From the NCBI RefSeq assembly GCF_009914755.1, contig NC_060940.1: DNA of 64,000 bases. The stretch is one strand, 5' to 3'. This document shows positions 45,075 through 57,900 of this stretch, one piece after another. The stretch's first letter is position 1, and every line of letters begins with the position of its first letter. The notes under the pieces were generated by a model. That model did no database searches. It saw only the letters and a list, made by a program, of their open reading frames with translations, and had not been told where the DNA came from. The DNA is from the human T2T-CHM13v2.0 reference genome, Homo sapiens. A program made the position numbers and the translations under genes.

Positions 45075-47095
45075 TATTCGAGTCCATTCAATGATTCCAT
45101 TGGATTCCGTTTGATAATGATTCCATTAGAGTTCATTCGATGATTCCCTTCGAGTCCATTCGATTATTTCTTTTGATTCCATTTGATGATGATTCCATTC
45201 GATTCCATTCAATGATTCCATTCCATTCCATTCGATGATGATTCCATTCGATAATGATTACATTCGAGCCCATGTGATGATTCCATTAGATTCTATTCAA
45301 TGATGATTCCATTCGACCACATTCGATGATGGCATTCGAGTCCATTCGATGATTTCACTCGATTCCACTTGATGATGATTCCTTTTGAGTCCATTTGATG
45401 ATTACATTCGAGTCCATGAGATGACTCCATTCGATTCCATTTCATGATGATGCAATTCGAGGCTATTCGATCATCCCATTTTAGTGCATTCGGTGATTCT
45501 CTTTTATTACATTCGATGAGGGCTCCATTCGAGTCCATTCAATGATTCCATTAGATTCCACTCGATGATGATTCCATTTGAGTCCATTCAAAGATTCCTT
45601 TCGAGTCCATTCGATAATTCTATTGGATTCCACTAGGTGATGATTCCTTTCGAGTCAATTCGATGATTCCTTTCAAGTGCCTTCAATGATTCCATTCGAT
45701 TCCATTCGATGACGATTCATTTCAAGTCCATTCAATGGTTCCATTCTGTTGAATTTGATGGTTCCATTTGATTCCATTCGATGATGATTCCATTCGTGTC
45801 CATTGGATGATTCCATTCGATTCCTTTCGAGGAAGATTCCATTCGACTCCATTCGATGATTCCGTTCGATTCCATTCCATGATGATTCCATTTGATTCCA
45901 TTCCATGATTCCATTCGATACCATTCGATGATGATTCCATTCGACTCCATTTGATGAATCCATTCAATGCTTCCATTCGAGTCCATTCGATGATTCCATT
46001 CGATTCCATTCCATGAAGATTCCATTCGAGTACATTTGATGATTCCATTTAATTCCATAGGATGATGATTCTATTAGGGTCCGTTGACTATTCCATTCAA
46101 TTCCATTCGAAGATTCCATTCGAGTCCACTCGATGATTCTATTTGATTCCATTTGATAATTCCATTCGATTCCATTTGATGTTGATTCCATTCGAGTCCA
46201 TTCGATCATTATTACATTTGATTCTATTCGATGATTCCATTCGATTCCATTTGATGAGGATTCCATTCGAGACCATTTGATGATTCCATTCAATTCCATT
46301 GGATGATTCCAATATTTTCCATTAGATGATGATTCCATTCGATTCCATTCAATGATGATTCCATCAGAATCCATTCGATGATGACTCCTTTTGCTTCCAT
46401 TCAATGATCATTACATTCGGTTCCATTCGATGATGATTCCTTTGGATTCCATTCGATGATGCTTCCATTCGATTCCATTTGATGATGATTCTTTTCGATT
46501 CCATTTGATGATGATTCCATTTGATTCCATTCGATGGTGATTCCATTTGATGATTCCATTCGATTGTATTCGATGATGATTCCACTCGATTCTATTTGAT
46601 GATGACTGCATTCGATTCCATTTGATGATTCCATTTGATTCCATTCGATGATGATTCTGATCAATTGCATTCGATGATCCATTCGATTCCATTTGATGGT
46701 TCCATTTGATTCCATTTGATAATGATTCCTTTCGAGTCCATTCGATGATTCCATTTGCGGATATTCGATAATTCCATTTGAGTCCAACCGATGATTCCAT
46801 TCGAGGCCATTCAATCATTCTTTTTGAGTCCTTTCGATAAAGATTCCATTTTAGTCCATTCAATAATTCCACTGGAGTCCATTCGATGATTGCTTTTAAT
46901 TCCATTCGATGATATTCCATTCGAGTCCATTCGATGATTCCATTCGTTGCTATTAGATGATGATTCCATTCATGACCATTTGGTGATTCCATTCGATTTC
47001 ATTCGTTGATGATTCCATTCGAGTCCATTCCATGATTCCATTCAAGTCCATTTGATGATTTCTTTGAATTCAATTCGATGATGATTCCATTCGAG
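45075..47095 (+). repeat. Single-copy (within window) diverged HSat2 segment
   Basis: I saw markers such as gagggctccatt, ttttagtgcattcgg, ttgcggatattcg, ccaatattttcc and tagggtccgttgac nowhere else in the window. The ORFs here have no equal-length partners. Confidence 0.75.
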
Positions 47096-48509
47096 TCCAT
47101 TCGATGATTCCATTCAGTTCCATTTGATGATGATTCCTTTCGAGACCATATGATGATTCCATTTGATTTCATTCGATGATGATTCCATTCGATTCCATTC
47201 GATGATTCCATTCTATTCCATTCGATGATGATTCCATTCGAGTCCATTTAATGATTCCATTGGGTTCAATTCAATGATGATTACATTGGATTCTCTTCTA
47301 TGATACCATTCAATTCCGTTCATTGACAATTTGATTCCATTCGATGATGATTCCATTTGAGTTCATTCGATGATTCTATTCGATTCTCTTCGATGGTGAT
47401 TCAATTCTATTATATTGGATGATTCCATTCGATTCCATTTGATGTTGATTCAATTCGATTCTATTCGATGATGATTCCATTGGATTTCATTTGATGATTC
47501 TATTCGATTCCATTCAATGATGATTCACTTCTCGTCCATTGGATGATTCCATTTCATTCCATTCGATGATGATTCCATTCGATTCCATTCGATGATTCCA
47601 TTTGATTCCATTCGACGGTGAGCAATTCGATTCAATTCCATGATGATTCTATTTGATTCAGTTAGATGATGTTTCCATTCGAATCCATTCCATGATTATT
47701 CCATTGGAATCCATTCGGCGATGATTCCATATGAGTCAATTCAATGATGATTCCATATGGGTCAGTTCGATGATAATTCCATTTGATTTCATTCGATGCT
47801 TCTATTCAATTCCAGTCGATGATGATTCCGTTGGAGTCCATACGATGACTCCATTTGATTTCATTTGATGATGATTCCTTTCGATTCCATTCGATGACTC
47901 CATTCTGTTCCATTCGATGATGATTCCATTCGAGTCCATTCGATGATTCCATTCGAGTCCATTTCATGATTCCATTGGGTTCAATTCGATGATGATTACA
48001 CTGGATTCCATTCTATGATTCCATTCAATTCCATTCGTTGATGATTCGATTCCATTCAATGATGATTCCATTTGAGTTCATTCGATGATTCTATTCGATT
48101 CCGTTCGATGGTGATTCAATTCTATTATATTGGATGATTCCATTCGATTCCATTTGATGATGATTCCATTCGATTCCATTCGATGATGATTCCATTTGAT
48201 TCCATTTGATGTTGATTCTATTCGATTCTATTCAATGATGATTCCATTCGATTTCATTTGATGATTCTATTCGATTCCTTTCGATGATTCTATTCCATTC
48301 CATTCGATGATGATTCAATTCTCTTCCATTGGATGATTCCATTTTATTCCATTCGACGATGACTCCATTTGATTCCATTCAATGATGATTCCATTCGATT
48401 CCATTCGGTGATTCCATTTGATTCCATTCGACGGTGAGCAATTTGATTCAATTCCATAATGATTCTATTTGATTCAATTAGATGATGTTTCCATTCGAAT
48501 CCATTCGGT

Positions 48510-49615
48510 GATGATTCCATTGGTATCCATTCGACGATGATTCCATATGAGTCAATTCGATGATGATTCCATACGAGTCCGTTGGATGATAATTCCATTT
48601 GATTTCATTCAATCCTTCTATTCGATTCCATTTGATGATGATTCCATCTGAATCCATTCTCCGATTCCATTCGATTTCATTCGATGCTTGTATTTGATTT
48701 CATTCGAAGATGATTCCTTTCAATTCCGTTCATTAATTCCATTTGATTCCATTCGATGATGATTCCATCCGATTCCATTGGATGATGATTCCATTCGAGT
48801 CCATTCGATGATTCCGTTCTAATCCATTCTATGATTCCATTCGAGTCCATTCGATGATTCCATTCGATTCCATTCAGTGATGATTCCATTTGATTCCATC
48901 TGATGATGATTTCATTTGATTCCATTCGATGATGATTCCATTGGAGTCCATTGAATGATTCAATTCAATTCCATTCCATGTGGATTCCATTCGAATTCAT
49001 TCGATTATTCCATTCAAATCCCTTCGTTGATTCCATCTGATTCCACTTGACGATGATTCCATTCAAGTCCAATCGATGATTCCATTCGGTTCCATTCAAT
49101 GATTCCATTCGAGTCCATTTATGTATTATATTCGTGTCCACTTGATGACTCCATTCAATTCCATTTAATGATGATTCCATTTGATTCCATTTGATGATTC
49201 AGTTCGATTCCTTACAATGATTCCCTACGATTCCTTTCTATGATGATTCCATTCGATTCCATTCATTGATGATTCCATTCGACTCCATTCAATGATGATT
49301 CCTTTCGATTCCATTTGACGATGTTTCCATTTGAGTCCATTCGATGATGATTCCATTGGTATCCATTCGACGATGATTCCATATGAGTCAATTCGATGAT
49401 GATTCCATACGAGTCCGTTGGATGATAATTCCATTTGATTTCATTCAATCCTTCTATTCGATTCCATTTGATGATGATTCCATCTGAATCCATTCTCCGA
49501 TTCCATTCGATTTCATTCGATGCTTCTATTTGATTTCATTCGAAGATGATTCCTTTCAATTCCATTCATTAATTCCATTTGATTCCATTCGATGATGATT
49601 CCATCCGATTCCATT
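48510..49615 (+). repeat. ~270-bp direct repeat (~48,510-48,780 and ~49,345-49,615; offset 836)
   Basis: ttggtatccattcgacg...catacgagtccgttggatgataatt...ctgaatccattctccg occurs twice. ORF ends 48598 and 49434 differ by 836. Confidence 0.85.
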
Positions 49616-51975
49616 CGATGATGATTGGATTCGATTCCATTTGATGATTTCATTTGATTCCATTCGATGATGATTTCGATCAATTCCATTCGATGATTCC
49701 ATTCGATTCCATTTGATAATGATTACATCCGAGTCCATTCGATGATTCCATTTGAGCCCGTTCGATAATTCCATTTGAGTCCAATCAATGATTCCATTCA
49801 TTTCCATTCAATGATTCCATTCGAGTCCATTTGATCATTCCGGTAGTGTCCGTTCGATGTTGATTCCATTGGAGTGCATTCGATGATTCCATTCGAGTCC
49901 ATTTTAGGATTTGATTCGAGTCCTTTCGATGATTCCATTCGATTCCACTCGATGCGATGATGATTTCATTCGAGTCCATTCGACACTTCCAATCGATTCC
50001 ATTTGATGTTTCCATTCGAGTCCAATTGATGATTCCATTCAATTCCATTCGATGATGATTCCGTACGATTCCATTCTGTGATGATTCCATGTGATTGCAT
50101 TCAATGATGATTCCTTTCGATTGCATTCGATTATGATTCATTTCGTGTTCATTCTATGGTTCCACAGGTTTCACATCGTGTCCATTCCATTATTCCATTC
50201 TATTCCATTTGATGATGATTCCATTCGATTCCATTCATTGGTGATTCCACTCAATTCCATTCAATGATTCCATTCCATTTCTTTCAACAATGATTCCATT
50301 AGTTTCTAATCGATGATCCACTTGATTCCATTTGACGATGATTCCATTCTTGTCCATTCGATGATTCCATTTGATTCCATATGATGATGATTCCATTCGA
50401 TTCCATATGATGATGATGCCATTCGAGTCCATTCAATGGTGATTCCATTCAATTCCATTCGGTGATTCCTTTCGATTCCATTTGATGATGATGGCATTCG
50501 ATTCCTTTCAATCATTCCCTTTGATTCCACTCAAAGTTGATTTCATTCAAGTCCATTCGATAATTGCATTCGATTCCATTCTATGATGATTCCATTCGAG
50601 TCCATTTGATGATTCCATTCAATTCAAGTCAATGATGATTCCATTCGATTCCATTCGATGATTCCATTGGATTCCATTCGATGATGATTCCATTCAAATC
50701 CATTCGATAATTCAATTCACGTCCATTCGATGATGATTCCAATCGAATCCATTCAAAGATTCCATTCAATTCCATTCGATGATTCCCTTAGATTCCATTC
50801 GATGATTCCACTTGATTCCATTTACGATGATTCCATTCGATTCCATGTGATGATTCCATTCAATTCTATTCAATGATGTTTCCATTTGATTCCATTCGAC
50901 CATGATTGCCTTTGATTCCATTCAATGATTCCATTCGGTTCCGTTTGATGATGATTCCGTTCGATTCCATTTGATGATTCCATTTGATTCCATTGGATGA
51001 GTCCATTCGATTACATTCGATGATTATTCCATTCGAGTGCATTAGATGATTCCATTCGAGTCCATTCGATGATTCCATTCGAGTCCATTCGATGATTCCA
51101 TTCGATTCCATTCGATGTTGATTCTGTTCAAATCCATTCGATGATTCCACTCGATTCCATTCGATGACTCCATTTGATCCCATTCGATGATTTCCTTTGA
51201 TTCCCTTTTATGATCATTCCATTTGATTCAATTCGGTGATTTCATTGGATTCCATTCAGTGATGTTTCCATTCGACTCCATTCGATGATGATTCCATTCG
51301 ACTACATTCGATTATGATTTCATTCAATTCCATTCGATAAAGATTCCCTTCGAGTCCAATCGATGATTCCATTCGATTCCATTCAACGATGATTTGATTC
51401 GTGTCCATTCGATGATTCCATTTGATTCCACTTGATGAGGATTCCATTCGAGTCCATTTGATGATTCCATTCAATTCCATTCTCCGATGATTTCTTTTGA
51501 GCCCACTCAATGCTTCCACTCGATTCCATATGATGATGACTCCATTCGATGAAATTCGATGATGATTCCATTCGCTTGCATTCGATGATGATTCCACTTG
51601 AGTCCATTAGAAGATTCTATTCAATTACATTCCATGACGATTCCGTTCGAGTCCATTTGATGATTCCATTAGACTCCATTCGACGATGATTCCATTCGAT
51701 GTTATTCGATGATTCCATTCGATCTCATTCGATGATGATTCCATTCAACTCCATTCGATGTTTCCATTCGAGTTCATTCTATTATTCCATTAGATTCCAT
51801 TCGATGATGATTCCATTCGATTCCATTTGATGATTGCATTCTATTTCATTTGATGATGATTCCATTCGAGTCCACTCGATGATTCCATTCGAGTCCATTT
51901 AATGAATCCATTGGTTTCAATTCTATGATGATTACATTGGATTCCATTCGTTGATGATTTCATTCGGTTCCATTC
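49615..51975 (+). repeat. Block homologous to ~9,345-11,705 (offset 40,270)
   Basis: ORF pairs 9515/49785, 9965/50235, 10596/50866, 10986/51256, 11113/51383. Shared rare alleles: gatgcgatgatg, tttcacatcgtg, ttcacgtcc. Confidence 0.88.
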
Positions 51976-54900
51976 AATGATGATTCCATTCAATTCCTTT
52001 CAATGTTTCCATTCAATTCCATACGATGATGATTCCATTTGATTTGATTCGACAGTGAGCCATTCGATTCAATTCCATGATGATTCTATTTGATTCCATT
52101 GGTTGACATTTCCATTCGATTCCATTCGATGATGATTCCCTTTGATTCCATTCAAAGATGATTCCATTCTAGCCCATTCAATCATTCCATTCGATTCTAT
52201 TCAATGATGATTCCATTCATGTCGATTTGGTGATTCCATTTGACTTCATTTGATGATGATTCCTTTCAAGTTCATTAGATGATTCCATTCGATTCCATTT
52301 GATGATGATCCCATTCGAGTCCATTCAGTGATTCCACTCGTTTCCATTCCATGATGATTCCATTCCATTCCATTCAATGATTCCATTCGATTCCGTTTGA
52401 TGATGATTTCATTCGAGTCCATTCAATGATTCCATTCGATTCCAATCGATGGTGGTTCCATTAGAGTCCATTTAATGATTCCATTTGATTCCAGTCTCTG
52501 ATGTTTACATTCGAGTCCATACGATGATTCCACTAAATTCCATATGATGATGATTCCATTCGATTCCATTGGATGATTCCATTCTATTCTATTCAAAGGT
52601 GATTCCATTCGAGTACATTAGATGATTCCATTCGATTCCATTCAATGATGATTCTATTTGTGTCCCTTAGATGATTCCACATGATTCCATTAGATGATGA
52701 TACTATTTGAGCCCATCCAATGATTCCCTTCGATTCCATTCGATGAGGATTCCATTCGATTCAATTCATTGGTGATTCTATTCAATTCAATTCTTTGATT
52801 CAATTCCATTCCATTCGACAATGATTCCATTCGATTTCTTTCGATGATTCCACTCAATTTCACTTGACATTGATTCCATTCGATTCCATTCAATGATTCC
52901 ATTTGATTCCAGTGGATGATGATTGCCGTCGATTCCATTCGATCACTCCATTCTGTTCCATTTGATGATGATTACATTCGATTCCATTTGATGATTCCAT
53001 CTGATTCTATTCGAGGATTCCATTTGATTCCATTCGATGATGATTCCATTCGAGTCCATTCGATGATTTCATTCGAGTACATCCAATGATTCCATTCGAG
53101 TCCATTTGATGATTCCATTTCATTCCATTTGATTATGATTCTACTAGAGTCCATTCAATGACTCCATTCGAGTCCATTCAACAGTTCCATCCGAGTCCAT
53201 TCGATGATTCCATTCGATTCCATTTGATGATTCCATTCGAGTCCATTTAATCATTACAGTCGAGTCCATTTGGTGATTCCACTGGATTTCTTTTGATAAT
53301 GATACCATTCAATTACATTTGATGATGATCCCATTCAATTTCATTTGATGATGATTCCATTAGAGTCCATTCCATGATTTCATTCGAGTCCCTTCATTGA
53401 TTCCATCCGATTTCATTTCATGATGACTCCATTCGAGTCCATTCGATGATTCCACTCGATTCCATTAGATGATTCCATTGGAGTCCATTTGATTGTTCCA
53501 TTCGATTCCATTCGATTCCTTTCGAAGATTATTCCATTTGAGTCCATTCGATGATGATTCCATTCCATTCCATTCGATGATTCCGTTTGATTCCATTCGA
53601 TGATTCCCTGCGATTCCTTTCTATGATGATTCCATTCCATTCCATTCAATGATTCCATTCGAATCTATTCCATGATGATTCCTTGCGATTCCATTCGCTG
53701 ATGTTTCCGTTCAATTCCATTCGATGATGATTCCATTCGATTCCATTCATTGAGGATTCCATTGGATTCCATTCAATGATGATTCCATTCTATTCCATTC
53801 AATGATTGCATTCAATTCCATTCAATGATTATGCCATTAGAGTAAATTCAACGATTCCATTCAATACCATTCGATGATGATTCCTTTTGAGTCCATTCAA
53901 TGATTTCATTCAAGTCCATTTGATGATTCCTTTCAATTCCATTCCATGATGATTCCATTCGAGTCCATTCGATGATTCCATTCGATTGCATTCGATGATT
54001 CCATTATATTCCATTCAACGATGATTCCATTCGAGTCCATTCGATGATTCCATTAGAGTACATTTAATGATTGCTTTGTTTTCAATTCGAAGATGATTAC
54101 ATTGGATTCCATTCTATGATTCCATTCGATTCCATTCATTGATGATTCCACCCAATTCCATTCGATGATGATTCCATTCGATTTCAATGATTCTACTCGA
54201 TTCCATTCAATGATGATTCAATTCTATTCCGTTTGATGATTCCATTAGATTCCATTCTATGATGATTCCATTCGAGTCCATTCGAAGATTTCATTCGATT
54301 ACATTCCATGACGATTCCATTCGAGTCCATTCGATGATTCCATTTGAATCCATTCGACGATGATTCCATTTGATGCTATTCGATGATTCCCTTGGATTCC
54401 ATTCGATGATGATTCCATTCGACTTGATTTGATGTTTCTATTTGAGTCCATTCGGTTATTTTATTAGACTACATTCGATGATGATTCCATTCGATGCCAT
54501 TCAGTGGTTCCATTTCATTCCACTCAATGATGATTGCATTCGTGTCCATTCGATGATTCCATTTGGTTCCATTTGATGATGATTCCATTCGAGTCCATTC
54601 GATGATACCATTCAATTCCATTCGATGATCATTCCATTCGAATCCATTTGATGATTCCACTCAATTCCATTTGATGACTCCTTTCATTCCCATTCGATGA
54701 TTCCCTTCAGTTCCAATTGGATGATCTTTCCATTTGATTCAATATGGTGACTCCATTCTATTATATTCAATGATGATTCCATTCGACTCCATTAGATGAT
54801 GACTTCATTCCATTCCATTCGATTGTGATTTCATTCGATTCCATTCGAAGATGATTCCATTCGAGTCCATTCGATGATTCCATTCGATTTCATTCAACGA

Positions 54901-57900
54901 TGATTTGATTCGTGTCCATTCGATGATTCCATTTGATTCCACTTGATGATGATTCCATTCGAGTCCATTTGATGATTCCATTCAATTCCATTCTCCGATG
55001 ACTTCTTTTGAGCCCATTCAATGCTTCCACTCGATTCCATATGATGATGACTCCATTCGATGAAATTCGATGATGATTCCATTCGCTTGCATTCGATGAT
55101 GATTCCACTTGAGTCCATTAGAAGATTCTATTCAATTACATTCCATGACGATTCCGTTCGAGTCCATTTGATGATTCCATTAGACTCCATTCGACGATGA
55201 TTCCATTCGAGGTTATTCGATGATTCCATTCGATCTCATTCGATGATGATTCCATTCAACTCCATTCGATGTTTCCATTCGAGTTCATTCTATTATTCCA
55301 TTAGATTCCATTCGATGATGATTCCATTCGATTCCATTTGATGATTGCATTCTATTTCATTTGATGATGATTCCATTCGAGTCCACTCGATGATTCCATT
55401 CGAGTCCATTTAATGAATATATTGGTTTCAATTCTATGATGATTACATTGGATTACATTCGTTGATGATTTCATTCGGTTCCATTCAATGATGATTCTAT
55501 TCAATTCCTTTCAATGTTTCCATTCAATTCCATACGATGATGATTCCATTTGATTTGATTCGACAGTGAGTCATTCGATTCAATTCCATGATGATTCTAT
55601 TTGATTCAATTGGTTGACATTTCCATTCGATTCCATTCGATGATGATTCCCTTTGATTCAATTCAAAGATGATTCCATTCTAGCCCATTCAATCATTCCA
55701 TTCGATTCTATTCAATGATGATTCCATTCATGTCGATTTGGTGATTCCATTTGACTTCATTTGATGATGATTCCTTTCAAGTTCATTAGATGATTCCATT
55801 CGATTCCATTTGATGATGATCCCATTCGAGTCTATTCAGTGATTCCACTCGTTTCCATTCCATGATGATTCCATTCCATTCCATTCAATGATTCCATTCG
55901 ATTCCGTTTGATGATGATTTCATTCGAGTCCATTTGATGATTCCATTTCATTCCATTCGATGATGATTCCATTCGAGTCCATTTGATGATTCTATTCGAA
56001 TCCATTTGATGATTTCTTTTGATTATAGTTGGTGATGATTCCATTGGAGTCCATTCAATGATTCCATTCGATTCCAATCGATGATGATTCCATTAGAGTC
56101 CATTTAATGATTCCATTTGATTCCAGTCTCTGATGATTACATTCGAGTCCATACGATGATTCCACTCAATTCCATATGATGATGATTCCATTCTATTCCG
56201 TTCGATGATTCCATTCTATTCTATTCAATGGTGATTCCATTCGATTCCATTCAATGATGATTCTATTTGTGTCCCTTAGATGATTCCACATGATTCCATT
56301 AGATGATGATACTATTTGAGCCCATCCAATGATTCCCTTCGATTCCATTCGATGAGGATTCCATTCGATTCAGTTCATTGGTGATTCTATTCAATTCAAT
56401 TCTTTGATTCCATTCCATTCCATTCGACAATGATTCCATTCGATTTCTTTCGATGATTCCACTCGATTCCACTTGACATTGATTCCCTTCGATTCCATTC
56501 AATGATTCCATTTGATTCCAGTGGATGATGATTGCCATCGATTCCATTCGATCACTCCATTCTATTCCATTTGATGATGATTACATTCGATTCCATTTGA
56601 CGATTCCATCTGATTCTATTCGAGGATTCCATTTGATTCCATTCGATGATGATTCCATTCGAGTCCATTCGATGATTTCATTCGAGTACATCCAATGATT
56701 CCATTCGAGTCCATTTGATGATTCCATTTGATTCCATTTGATAATGATTCTACTAGAGTCCATTCAATGACTCCATTCGAGTCCATTCAACAATTCCATT
56801 CGACTCCATTTGATGATTCCATTCGATTCCATTTGATGATTCCATTCGAGTCCATTTAATCATTACAGTCGAGTCCATTTGGTGATTCCACCGGATTTCT
56901 TTTGATAATGATACCATTCAATTACATTTGATGATGATCCCATTCAATTTCATTTGATGGTGATTCCATTAGAGTCCATTCGATGATTTCATTCGAGTCC
57001 CTTCATTGATTCCATCCGATTTCATTGGATGATGACTCCATTCGAGTCCATTCGATGATTCCACTCGATTCCATTAGATGATTCCATTGGAGTCCATTTG
57101 ATTGTTCCATTCGATTCCATTCGATTTCTTTCGAAGATTATTCCATTTGAGTCCATTCGATGATGATTCCATTCCATTCCATTCGATGATTCCGTTTGAT
57201 TCCATTCGATGATTCCCTTCGATTCCTTTCTTTGATGATTCCATTCCATTCCATTCAATGATTCCATTCGAATCTATTCCATGATGATTCCTTTCGATTC
57301 CATTCGCTGATGTTTCCTTTCAATTCCATTCGATGATGATTCCATTCGATTCCATTCATTGAGGATTCCATTTGATTCCATTCAATGATGATTCCGTTCT
57401 ATTCCATTCAATGATTGCATTCAATTCCATTCAATGATTATCCCCTTAGAGTAAACTCAACGATTCCATTCAATACCATTCGATGGTGATTCCTTTTGAG
57501 TCCATTCAATGATTTCATTCAAGTCCATTTGATGATTCCTTTCAATTCCATTCTATGATGATTCCATTCGAGTCCATTCGATGATTCCATTCGATTGCAT
57601 TCGATGATTCCATTATATTCCAGTCAACGATGATTCCATTCGAGTCCATTCGATGATTCCATTAGAGTACATTTAATGATTGCTTTGTTTTCAATTCGAA
57701 GATGATTACATTGGATTCCATTCTATGATACCATTCGATTCCATTCAATGATGATTCCACTCAAATCCATTGGATGATTCCATTCGTGTCCATTCGGTGA
57801 TTTCATTAGATTCCATTCGAGGATGATTCCATTCGATTCCATTCGATGATTCCATTCAATTCCATTCGATGATGATTCCATTCCAGTCCATATGATCATT

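Noticed and set aside
45075-47095. Foreign element inserted in the array
   Set aside because: It still follows the 23/26-bp HSat2 pattern and is only single-copy in this window.
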